A program made the translations under genes and the position numbers. Positions 1 through 12,400 of a DNA stretch of 64,000 nucleotides are shown piece by piece. Every line of letters begins with the position of its first letter. The first letter of the stretch is position 1. The DNA comes from Antedon mediterranea. Its lineage: Eukaryota > Animalia > Echinodermata. Under the pieces are notes generated by a model. It worked only from the letters and a program-made list of their open reading frames with translations, made no database searches and was not told the DNA's origin. The stretch covers positions 2,232,001-2,296,000 of the forward strand of contig NC_092674.1 of NCBI RefSeq assembly GCF_964355755.1, in the 5' to 3' direction.

Positions 1-112
1 CAAGGCATATCTAATAGAATATGCAAGTGAAATTTTAATAATAAAGTAAATTTATTTATTTTATGTAATAATTAATTTCGGTACTGTAATTAATAATTCA
101 ATTTGTTTGCAG

Positions 113-3100
113 ATTAATAATGAAAATTTGAAATACCAACCAAATTCACTCATATTTGGAATGTTTGAAGGTTTCTACGGAGCGACAGAAAAAGAAAGGA
201 TAGAGGTAAGTAAAATGCCTGATACAATAACAAAGTTTAGACTGTGGTGGGAAACATTTGATATTTGATTTGTCTATGATTTCAGTTTTCAGAATTTCAC
301 TTTAAAATACGGAAATGACGATTTTCTGGATTTGAATGATTAATTTCAAGTTTCAAAACATTTATTTACATACTCTGGCATAAAAAATTATTAGGTACAG
401 TCATAGAGATTATTTCTCCATTATACAAATGCAATAAAAAAATGATATGAGGTCAGAGTTTGAAGACAGATGCCCTGAAAGATGAAGAAAACATCTTGTA
501 TTAAAATAGTGTGGTAAATAATTAAAAAAAAATATGTTGATTATCATTTTGTTCATGATTTAGGAAACATATGTGAGTGGTTTAGATAGGAAATTAGAAG
601 TAGAACAGAGTTCAGTACGACTGAGTTACACAACTTATTCACTTTCAAGGTAAAATGTTTTAATGATTTATGTGTTTCAGTTTAAATAATTGATCATCAT
701 CAAAGCTCTGTCTGCACTATAAATTTTTATGTGACAAAAAAATGTGCCCATATATGAACATGATGTACATGATGAACATGTCATATCTCTACCATATTTG
801 AGAATATCACTACTATATTTGGGCACATCACACTTTTTTTGTCAACTAGTTTTATAGTGTAGACAGAACCTTACAGTATATTTACTTGTTATTCATTTTC
901 TAATTACATATATCAAACAATAACAAGTTTCCTTAGCAGATTGTTGGTATAAACTTGTTGATCTTTTTTTTTTTTTTTACAGAGTCCATACAGCGCAACG
1001 TGCAATAAAACAAACACAAGTGTCAGTTGGTAAAGTGCAGCATAAGATAGAAAACCATTTAGATCAATTGCAAGCAAAAACAAAAGTAGTGAGTATCAAA
1101 ACTAGATATTTTGTTATTATTATGTTTAGGAGAGAGTGGTGTTGTTTGACCTTTCATTTAAGTTGTCTCTCTTAGTATTGTTAAGCTCTGTCTACACTAT
1201 CAAACTATTTTGACAAAAAAAGTGTGATGTGTCCAAATATGCTAGTGATATGACATCATCATGTCCATATATGGGCACATGACATTTGTCACATAGAGTT
1301 TGATAGTGTGTAGAAAGAGCTTTAGTTTAGCATAGAGTGGTGTTGTTGGACTCCCATTTAGGTTGTCTCTTGTTAATGTTATATTTTGTATAATTCGTCT
1401 AGTTTTCAGAAAAAGAAACTTTGTTATTAAGAGTGTCTATGTTGAGAAATGAAGTGCGCCATCAACGTAATCTAGTAAAATTGCAAAAACAAAAAGCTGA
1501 TGCTAGCAAGAATTCAATACAGGACAAATGTAGGTTTATTCAATTATTTATTTCTTCTTCAAAACTACGTGTACTAAAGCTCTGTTTACACAAATCAGTG
1601 AAATGTGCCCAAATATGGTAGTGATATACCCATATATAGTAGTAGTGATATTACATCAACACATCCATATGGGCACATAACATTTTTTGTCAGATAAAGT
1701 TGGATAGTGTAGACAGAGCTTAAGAGTGTATTTGAATAATGTAAAAGATTTATGCATTACTTATGTTATTTTCACCTGATATAATTTAATTTTCCTATTA
1801 AAATTGCAATTATTTTTCAGTAAATAAGTTTAGCATAAGTAAAGAGAAATTTAACAAGGAAAAAGAAGAGTTAAGAGAAAAGAAAACAGAATTATATAAA
1901 AAGAGGTTTGTGTGAATAATTATCGGTTTGTCATTGTCAATAGTCAACAGTGTTATTATCGTTGTTAAAATCACCACATTGTAATTATCAATTGTTTTTA
2001 TATTGGTCAGATGTTTGCCCTACTCTGATGTAATTTGTACTTTATACTAAGTGGGATTCGAACCCATGACATCCAGATCACTAGCCTGGCATTCATACCG
2101 CTAGACCACCAAGCTTCCGCTGATGTCTAGGGGTTAGATTCGAGCCCAAGTAGGCAGCGGGTACTGCACCAACATGATTGTAATTGTTTGTAACTACTTT
2201 GGAGTAGCTTTGCATCAAGGTGTTTGGGCAAACATCTGACCAATTACTCAACACTCTGACGTAAAGCTACTCCACAATTACAATCCAATTGTTTTCATCT
2301 TATCAACTTCATATCATCATCTTCAGTCATCTTTATATTTTTACAATTATTGTAGTAATTTATCATCGTCAATATTACTTCCCAAACCGGTACATTGCTA
2401 ATTTCATTCATTGTTTTCAGAGAGGAGTTCATTGAAACCAATAGAAATTTAGCAATAAGGAAACGATCTCTGGTTGGTGAGTTATCGTACATCTATCCAA
2501 TCACAGAACAGACAGACGGGAGCATGTCAATACTTGGGGTCAAGTTACCAAATGCTGAAGACTATTCAGGTAAAGGTAAGTTGCATGATGGGAAAAGTAG
2601 AAGAAAGAATGTAGAATAACTGATGGATGTATACAGTCAAATTGTGTAAAAGACAGTATTAAATCTACATTTTGTCCAACTCACTGTTTGGCTTTCCATA
2701 TTTGATTGCAAGGAGTCCAAGTGACCCTAAACAGCAGATGCTGACAGTCAAGGGAAAGAAAGATCTCCTTTTTTTGGCAGTTGGTGTGGTTTTCTTTGGT
2801 CCCTATTTTGGAAAAATCCAGTTAAGTTGAAAATTTGTTTTACCAATCACATTATTATCTTCTAGGCACAGATGACACAACGATTGCAGTCGCCCTCGGC
2901 CACACCTGCCACCTGCTTCATATGATTTCGCAAATACAGATGTTACCCTCCAGGTATCCCATGGTGCACCTGAGTTCGCGCTCTGTCATCAGAGATCATA
3001 TAACAAAGTTACTGGCAGACAAGGACCGAGAGTAAGTAATAATATAATATTAATAGATATTATCGGCCAATAATACAAAAGTTTAAATAAATAGAAAAAA

Positions 3101-4906
3101 ATTCAATTTATTTTTTTTTTAAATATATTTTATATACTTTTTTGCCACATACCCATTTTTTATATAATTCCTTATTTTCTGCGTTTAAAAGCATTTTTGT
3201 TATCTGTTTTAGTTTTCCGTTGTATACAAAAGGAAAGGAACGTTTCCAATTTCGTTACGCTGTTTATCTTCTAAACCGCAATGTTGCACAATTAAGATAC
3301 GCACTTGGTCTCGCCACCTCTGACTTGAGAGCCACGCTTCCAAATTTGAAGAGCCTTCTGGAGCTGAAATGGGGCGTAAATAAGTAAGTAGCTTATGATA
3401 ACTAATTAGCTTATGATAAGTAAATAGCTTATGATAAGTAAGTACCTTAGGATAAGTAAGTACCTTAGGATAAGTAAGTACCTTAGGATAAGTAAGTACC
3501 TTAGGATAAGTAAGTACCTTAGGATAAGTAAGTTAGTTAAGATATTTTGACATTTACTGTATGTTTAATTTTTGGTGATTAAATAATTTGTATTTGTTTT
3601 GGTAGAAAATATGATACTGATTATGATGAAGGTGAAAACGTCATAAATGATGATGATGAAGAAAGGTGATATTATGCACATGTCTGTTACAGCATGCTCT
3701 TAACTATTAGCATGTGTCATAGACCATGATATGCATGAGTATGAATATGAGAGGTAGAAAGAAGCTGAGGGCGGGTTAGAAAGATTATAATAAATCGTAG
3801 TTGACCTAATCTTGTGCATCCATAGAGATAATATTTCGACCTCTATTACCTGTGAATTTCTATGACAATTTTATACATTCTAGCAAATGTTCAATTCCTC
3901 CGATCAGGATTTTCTAAAAAAAAAGCTTAAAAAGCCCTTTTATATCTACTCTATGTCCTTTCACAGCCCAAGGCTGTCCAGTTCGAGGAGTTGTATATTG
4001 TGTGGTGTAAAACAGGTTAACCATTTGCAAGTAAAAAAATAATTGAATTTTTTGGGTTAAAAATACTGGTTTGATATCTAGAATTTACTAATAGCTGTTA
4101 GGTTTGTGAAAACGCATTGTGAGCATCATGCAAATAACCAAACACAAATAAGAATGCAATATTAACATAATTTATAATATAATAATAATATTTAATTGTA
4201 TTACAGGCACTTTAGTATTAGCATCCACCTATTCAGGTTTGTATACTGACACTTACAAAATGAATTAAAATAAAATCATAATCAAGTATAAATTTTATTT
4301 TTCAGTGAAAATCCCAGACTGTCAACTATATATCAAGAAAAGAAAAAGCGTGTTACTATATCAAGTGATGTGCAGGTTGCAGCGCCACCTAGCGCAAGTG
4401 GCAGTCAAAACGAAAAGAACGTTGTATCACCACCTCCTTCATATGAATCCAGTATGAAAGGTCACATGAAACAAGCTGCTGCTTTAACTAATCCACCTTC
4501 TTCTGGTGATCCAAAGAACCAGAATGATGTTTGTATAAGAGAGGTTACAGACCATTCAAATTCTTCTGGTTCTCAAGCTCATAGCCCTGATAAAGTTACT
4601 AACACATCGAAAGAGAATATTTCACAATCAGACTCTAAAACTCAGGACATTAAACAGCAAATCAATGGTGTCAAAGAGGGCACCGATGTCAGGATCTCTG
4701 ATCCACTAACAGAATCCAGTAAAGAGAAATTAGAAGATAATTTGACTGGTCAATCAAACCTCTCCAGAACACTTGATGATATTCTCCACTTCGATGATAT
4801 TCATAGTCGGGCAGATGCTTTGCAACATCATCGACAGAGCTTCTCAAGTTTTAGAGGGAATCTGGAGAGTGCTACCAAGAATTCTAAAGACAACAAGAAG
4901 TTATGA
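113..4906 (+). CDS. UVRAG: UV radiation resistance-associated protein (UVRAG/Vps38), 5'-partial, spliced
   Basis: GT-AG exons with consistent phases: 113-205, 564-649, 983-1088, 1403-1529, 1821-1905, 2421-2569, 2866-3031, 3213-3383, 4306-4906 (TGA). Peptides [80 protein letters not shown] and [10 protein letters not shown] match the UVRAG coiled-coil/BARA2 region as I recall it. The N-terminal C2 region lies upstream of the window. Confidence 0.92.
704..871. mobile_element. MITE family A (PIF/Harbinger-like)
   Basis: TIR AGCTCTGTCTACACTATCAAACT-like, internal 20-bp ATCACTACCATATTTGGGCA units. Confidence 0.8.
1184..1321. mobile_element. MITE family A (PIF/Harbinger-like)
   Basis: Same TIRs; TTA on both sides. 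Confidence 0.85.
1578..1720. mobile_element. MITE family A (PIF/Harbinger-like)
   Basis: Same TIRs; TAA on both sides. Confidence 0.8.
2051..2114 (-). mobile_element. tRNA-derived SINE-like head
   Basis: Minus strand GGTGGTCTAGCGGT (A box) ... GGGTTCGAATCCC (B box); no complete acceptor stem. Confidence 0.6.
3381..3535 (+). repeat. 18-bp minisatellite starting at the UVRAG splice donor
   Basis: TAAGTAAGTA(C/G)CTTA(G/T)GA, about 8.5 copies. Confidence 0.9.
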
Positions 4907-5027
4907 TGGCGTCCTCCAAAGGCCAATTATTGTCAACAATTTGTAGATTTTAAACATTTTCTGTCCAAATTCTGTCCAATTTTTATCTAATTTTATGTCA
5001 TTTTAATCCGTAATTGAATGGGTTAAT

Positions 5028-5214
5028 ATAAGTGACTTCGATAACTCTAGAGGGCGCCATATTTACAAGGTAAATCAGGACAAAAATGTCCATCTAGGCC
5101 CTAGCGCGGTGATGTAAATTTACATTGTCGCGCTAGCCTCGCGTCTATGGAACTTTTTTTGTCCCGATTTACCTTATTAATATGGCGCCTTCTGGAGTTA
5201 TCGAAGTCGCTTAT
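5028..5214. mobile_element. Fully palindromic 187-bp MITE/foldback element
   Basis: ATAAGTGACTTCGATAACTCTAGAGGGCGCCATATT... pairs with ...AATATGGCGCCTTCTGGAGTTATCGAAGTCGCTTAT, with pairing continuing to the centre TGTAAATTTACA. Confidence 0.75.
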
Positions 5215-5655
5215 TCTTTCAAAGTCAACTCATTATTTTATTTTGATAAGGATACTTGAAGGAAACAAACACCTTCATCTTTGTAAAGTTTAGTAATTGC
5301 TCCGTGGTAATGTTTTGGAAAGTTTTCAACAATTAATTTGCAATACAGAATGTGCTATCTAAAACGTTATACTTCCAGAACATTATATCATGTTCTTTAT
5401 ATAAATAATAAATAAATTTAGAAAAACTACTAAATGTACATGATGTATATAGATAGGCATACGACTACATACCAAATGTTTATTAAATGAACAATCTTTT
5501 TAGATTTATATATTTAGCTTAATAAGAAAATATAACAACAAATAGACAATCATTGATACTCCTTTCTTCAAAATAATTGTTAATTTAAAATCTAAAAGTG
5601 TACAAATACATAAATTCTTTTCATGTCAGTTGCTACACATGTGTGAGGTATCTAA

Positions 5656-5788
5656 AGCTGTCTACACTATCAAACTTTATGTGACAAAAATGATGTGCCC
5701 ATATATGGACATGATGATGTCATATCACTACCATATTTGGGCACATCACACTTTTTTGTCAAACTAGTTTGATAGTGTAAACAGAGCT
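5656..5788. mobile_element. MITE family A (PIF/Harbinger-like)
   Basis: Same TIRs and internal sequence; lies between the UVRAG and WDR83 stop codons. Confidence 0.85.
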
Positions 5789-6882
5789 TTATGAGAAATC
5801 CATTTCTAAAATACTATGATTTTAAGGTCACAGAACAGGGATACTAACATGTTTATAAACCAAGTGAAACATTGATAATTTATGTATTTTCAGTTAATAA
5901 GGCATTTGCTTGCAGTACACTAGATAAAGATGTTCATGTGGTGCACAATCAAAGAGTTACTATAGTAGTGATAGTCTATCATTGAAGATCTCTTTAAAAA
6001 AACAGCTTCGTTCATTTGTATCTCCATTGAAAATCCAGCCACTGAGATACCCACAGCATTATCAATTTTTTCAGTAAATTGCCTTTACATATTATTATTA
6101 CTACATATCATTGTACTGCAGGTATAGATATTGTGTATATTGTACATTATTATGTAAATGATAAAAAGCTTTAATAACCTGATTTTCTTATGTTGCCCCT
6201 ATAATGCAATACAGAATACATTTATTACAGGGCTTTCTTCAAATATGTTGTTCAATGTTTATATTGGCAGTGAAGTAAAAAACTCCCGTTTTCTGCCATC
6301 AATATTTAAAACTAGACAAACAATCTTTTCCATCTTCAAAAATTGAAACTTAAAAGCAAGCATATTGTTTGGTCTTATAACACATTTTAGATTCAATGTA
6401 AACATTATTTAATATTTTTTGTTTCTGTTGTAAATGTTAAAAAATACACAGAGTTTATATTATGAGTATAACAAATTATACAAATGAATAAATATTTCCA
6501 AATACATAAAAATTGTTTGTATAAATTTTGTGTAATCTTGAAACATATGTGGCATGGTAGACTTGCCCCAAGTCTGTATGGTCGGCGTTTCCATTTTTGT
6601 CTGAAAATATCATGTATTATACGTATAAAACGCCATATGTGCCAAAATATTTATCTTTTTACTAATTTCGGTCTAAAACCTAGACTAGCGGCATGGCTGC
6701 TTTCTAGACACCATTTATGAACATGTTTACGTCCATTTAACATTTATTTGTTTAACTTTGTCGAGCGCCTCTAAACATTACTATTATAGATGGCGCTATA
6801 TAAGTCTAATTCACTGATAGAGTACAAAATAATCTTTTATTATCGATGCCTTTTAACAAACAGTGAATATCATTCTGTGAGT

Positions 6883-8663
6883 TTAACTCTCTTCAGATTC
6901 ATAATCTTCCGTCCGCCATACTTTGAAAGATCCCTGTGCAGCCGACAACATGCAAGCTTCTGTTGGATGAAAGGTCACAGAATGAACCACACCATCCCCT
7001 GCATCAGCAATTGTGCTTGACATTGTGCCCTGTAACATGAATAATTGTTAAATGTTTTAATATCATCTATGTAATGTATACATATGTCTGGATTTTTTCT
7101 GTCAAATTACAACTCCACTCCCAAAGACTTATAATAAGACTTTGTTTATGTAGAGCATCTTGTGCATGTTTGTCTTGTGGACAGGATTGCCACCTTTAAG
7201 AAGAGGATAGTAAATGAATTGTGGTTATCGTTGGCAATTTTCCTAAATGTATAAAATAAAAACAGATACAATATTCAAGTTGTGCATTAACCCATACCTC
7301 CACAAGGTCCCAAAAACAGATGCGCCCATCCTCTGAACCACTGACAATGTGACTGTCTGTATGATTGAGACAACTTTCAACTTTGAACTCAGAGTTCTTA
7401 TGGCCTGTGTATTCTCCGAGAAGCTCGCCATTGTCCTTGTCCAAGAGTCTTAGGGTACTGTCCAAGCTAGAGGCCAACATGCACTGACCATCTTTGGTGA
7501 AGTTTACACACGTTACTGGTTCTAATTATAAATATAAGAAATTGTTTTCATGTTAGTTATCCAAATAGACAATGCAAAATGGATGGACACAGTCTGATGA
7601 TACTACGGGTAGTTGTCCTCTTATACCACTTAGAATTCTAAGAAGAAGAATTCAGTCATTTTTATTTGAGTACTTGAGGGAATATGGCCACGGCCTCAAT
7701 ATTAAATACTCACTACCAACACAGTCCATATGCATCTGTCCGTTCCTCAGGTCATACCTTCTGACATATCCATCCGCTGATGCAGTCAGAAGCTCGTAAT
7801 CAGATGTCTTCACTGACGTAACGCTGTCTTTGGCGTCCTTCAACACTTGTACGGGATCGAAGCTCTTGGATCGACAATCCCATATTCTTGTAGACGAATC
7901 GACCGACCCTTAAAAAAGGACGATAAATGAAATTTTACAGAAAAACTGTACCGTCGGTATCATTAATAATAAACAAATTTTTGTAAAGCATACATATTCA
8001 CTAAAGTGCTCAAGGTTACACTTTCAATAACATGCTTCTCCCCTAAAGTATATATAGTAGAGGGCATACCTGTTAATATAACTGAAGCTTCTTCGTTAAA
8101 AGCAACACTATTGACGATTGCCAAATGTCCTCTAAATTTGCGTAGTGACTGACCTGTCGCAACGTCCCATAGAATCGCAATTTTATCCGTACCGCAAGAC
8201 GCTATTAAACTGTTATCAAAGGATGACACTGCATCCAATACATCGTATCTGACACGCAAAATAAAATCATTTTTAAATACTGTGGTTTGGAGAAAACTTT
8301 AAGTATGACATTGTCTGAGATTTTACTTTGATTTTATTTTGATTTATTTCAATATTATACCATACATAAACAAAAACAGATAAAAACGAAAACAAAAAAA
8401 GCAAACATTTTGTATGCTACCAGGGACAATCCTCTAAATTCTCAAAGAGGATTTCAATCCTGAGGGGTCCCCTTTTTTTAAGTGTCTCACCCATGGCCTT
8501 GGTAAGTCTTCAATAGTATTTTACGATGCGGATTCCATAACTTCACTGACTTATCACTCCCACACGTCAGGCAGTAATTGCCATCAGCATTAAAACGAAC
8601 ACCGCGTACAACTCCCTGTTTACAGTCGGTAGTACTTGTCAACTTTTTCGGTAGTTCCGACAT
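6883..8663 (-). CDS. WDR83: WD repeat protein 83 (MORG1), complete, 5 coding exons, 305 aa
   Basis: Minus-strand exons 8663-8491, 8248-8070, 7908-7714, 7521-7298, 7029-6883 (918 nt, phases consistent). Peptides VRFNADGNYCLTCGSDKSVKLWNP, YDVLDAVSSFDNS, RKFRGH, FNEEASVILTGSVD, LLDKDNGELLGEYTGH and SGSEDG are characteristic of WDR83. Confidence 0.95.
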
Positions 8664-9406
8664 TCTATGAACTAGACAAAATACAAATCATAAAAATAAA
8701 TAAATGAATTTTTTTCATCTATTACTTTATTTTTGTAATTGCACTGCAAAAAAAATATTTTAGCAACTCGACATGGCCACAATTTTATAGGTTATATAAT
8801 ACTTAAGCATTGTTACTGGTCCCTGGTGTTGGTACATCTATGTGTGTGTGTGTGTGGGGGGGGGGGGGGATGTTGATGTTGATGTTATGATGGGTTGAAA
8901 AAAAAAGGTGGGGACCTACATTACACTACTTAAAACTTATTATTACTACAGAGAAGAGTATTAATTGGCTATAAATAGGTCTACAGAATTCTTATACAAA
9001 CCTGCTCATTATAAAATGACAAAAGAAAACATTTGTGCTTAGAATAACTTCAAATCGCATTTGGAGACGTTTTAGACCATTTTGTGACTTTCGAAAAAAC
9101 TTGTTAACAAAAAAACATCAAAGTGTACAGAATGACACTAAAATTTAATAAAATGTGTATAACTTTTGGGGAAACTTGGACAATTAGGGGTAAATTAGGG
9201 AGGCTCTCAGTCTTTGTGTTGTGTGTGTACTGCATGTTCAATCAACTGGAACGTACAACTAATGACTCTAGCGCCACCAATTTCATCCAAGGTCTATTAT
9301 TAAGAAACGCGTTTTGTTTTCAAAATGCGTTTCTTGGCGCGTTTAATCAGTGACAGATTCTGAGATTGCGCAGTGGAGGATTACTAAACGAATTGCTTTA
9401 GTGAAA
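8664..9406. promoter_or_regulatory. Probable bidirectional promoter / 5' UTR region shared by WDR83 and LRCH
   Basis: Divergent start codons only about 740 bp apart, with locally retained CpGs around 9050-9700. TSSs cannot be located from sequence alone. Confidence 0.55.
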
Positions 9407-12400
9407 ATGGCCGTTCTGTTGAGCTCTCCTCAGTCGACTGGAGCTCAACTTAGATCACTTGAAAAGGTTTTAGACGATGCTCAAAGATCTGGCCGTTTGA
9501 ACTTAAGTAGTAGAAAAATAAAAGACTTTCCAAAAGTTGCTGATAAATTTGATTTGAGAGACACCGTCGATGTAGGTAAGTTTCGAACACGTAAACACAC
9601 AGGATAGTCAATTGATGATTGTTCGATGAGGCCACACTGTGTGTACAGAAACATGACACTATTCTGGCTTAAAATGCGGAAGTCAGTGTCGAATTATAAG
9701 AACGGAACACAAGGGTAGGCCTCATAAATATATTACTCCCTTCTTCTTGAATGGGGCCTTTATTATTAAAATATTTTGTTTAGTAGTGTGCAGTATAGTT
9801 GCTCTATAAACTGAGAATTTATTAATTTTATTGCAGTTAAATTGATATCCTCATTCATATAAAAACATAACAAAACAAATACTGGCCTCTATACTCTAAC
9901 TAGGCTTGTTAGTATCATTTTATTAAATTTACTAACACTTAACAGTGAGGTACTCCGAAGACTGTTTATTCCCTAGGTTTACCCCACCCAGAGCACTACG
10001 TGTAGGGCATTGGCATGACAGTAAATAATTCCAAGTAATAAATTGCACTGTCTGTGGTGGTGTGCCCCACCTTTACGAATAAAATGAGGAGGTGTGTGCG
10101 TAGGCCTTCTATCTACTGGAATTTTCAATATTTCCAATCTTCGTAGAAACATGTAAATAATGATAAGCAATCTAAACCTTATCTTTTTAAAAGGTATATC
10201 GCAAATAATAGTTACAAAGTATGATGGGAAGGTTTATGGGAAAAATCCTATCATCTGACAGTGTTGTAAGTTATTAATATTATTCGTCAGTAACCTAAAG
10301 TATGTGTCTGTATATCTATAGTACGGTACCATCTGCCATGGGTCTAGTATATTGGGTCTAATATCTTCGGCCTAAGAAAGTGCAGAGTGCCACAAATCAA
10401 TACCACCATACTTTTTACAGCAGCACCCTTTTTCGATATAATGATATTGTAATAAATAAACCTTGTGTTTTTTTTCTCTAAAGAAAGCTCTGAGAATTCA
10501 CAAAATAAGTGGCTCATTAATTTCACTGAATAACTGTAAATTCTGGTTGTGGTTACTCTACAATTACAGAAATTAAGCCTTAATTAATGAACAATTACAT
10601 TCATGATTCAATTGAAACTGAAAAGGAAGTTGTATTTATTATTTAATTTGTTTATATTTGATCTTGTAAAAGTGATATGATATTCGATATATGCTCACAC
10701 TAACCATAGGGATTGTAGTTGTCAACAAGAAAAAAAAATTGATATCATTCGCAAAACTTGCGAAAATAATTTTTCTTTAAAAACTCAAACTTTCGCCTGT
10801 CTAGGCTCCGAATAAAGTTATAAGTAAACCACAATGACTTCGACGCCGTTGCCAGCAGCCTATAAGTGATAGCAATATAGAGATACTGTGTTACTTGCCT
10901 ATCAGCAACGTTTTTTTTTTGCATCACTCGCGGAAATTAGAACAGGTTTCTGTTCAGGGAGGCCTACTTAATTGTACAGTTAAAATACAATATAAAAAGC
11001 AAAAAAACAGTCCTATGATTCACCGTCAAATACAATAATTTTGTCATCATCTCAATACAGTGTGAGTAGTCTATCTCGAAATGAAGCCCATACTATCTTG
11101 AAAAGAAGCCCAGGGGGCTTCATTTCGAGATGGGCTTCTTTTCGAGAGTACTTTTGCAAACTGTAGAGGGGGGCTTCATTTCGAGATGGGCTTCTTTTCG
11201 AGAGTACTTTTGCAAACTGTAGAGGGGGGCTTCTTTTCAAGATGGGCTTCTTTTCGAGGTTTAAGCCCATGGGCTTCTTTTCGAGGTTTTACGGTATCTG
11301 TAAATGTACACACGTCTGACTAAAGAGAATTTATTGTGTGAATGCGCAGTAATTGTATTTACAAACAAACAAAGTATGCTCTCATATTATGTACTTAAAT
11401 CCCAAGGAACCACATGTTATAGTTGGGAATTATTGCTTTGGTATAGTCATCCATTCATATCCACCTATTTCTCTTTATTGTCTCCCTGAAAAAATAATTC
11501 TTAAAATTGTTGTTGAATATGCCATTTTACTGCAACATGATAGTTATCCACTTTGACCAAAAATTGGATCGAAAAAAATGTATTTACCTAAAAAAACTGT
11601 AATTTAAAGCGAAAAAATTGTCAAATTGGCTGCCAGCCAATGGATTTTTGGTTGAATTTAACTATTTATTTTGTCATTTTATAAGTGAAAACATAATTTT
11701 TTTTCTGCTGAAGTGATTAACTTTATTAAAACTACAACATTAAACATATTCAAAGCCTGATTTAATTAATTAATTCATTTTTCATGTTTTTGGGGGACAA
11801 TACATCTTTAAGCGTGTGTATTTTCCATGCAATAGATAAAAAATGAGAGTTGTTAGATGATCTTAATTCTTGGCCTAGAGATAAAGATGAGACTCTAGCT
11901 GTCTGTATTAAAAGAACCTTGATATTATCAAGTATGTAGACATAGCCTAGATCCATTGCTTCCATCTACAACAACAGTTATTGTTATGTAATAATAGAAT
12001 ATATACATAGGCTGACATTGAATGTTAATACACCACTAATCTATGTCAATGCTAGAGTTTAAAATACTGATTGTTGTTAAAAGCTTTCAAATACCACAAA
12101 ATCCACTCTTTAAGAAAAAAGTTTTATCATTTGTTCACATTGGATAGACTTGATTTATAGCCGATTATAGTCCCAGAGGGGGCCAGGTAGTCCATTAGGC
12201 CTGGGTAGTCCAAAGAGGCCCGGGTAATCCTAGGAGGCCTGGCTAGTTCAAGGGGGCCCGGGTAGTCCTAGGGAGTCCCATTTTGACCTAAATTTGATAA
12301 CTAATACAACTGCACAATATAAATGAAAACATGGTATTTATTCATGCACAAAGACTTCAACAATATTATTACTGTTTTGATTTCATATTTTACTACAAAT

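Noticed and set aside
2051-2114. Functional tRNA genes (also 29381, 32318-32400, 50317)
   Set aside because: A/B boxes are present but I could not fold complete cloverleaves with acceptor stems; SINE heads explain them better.
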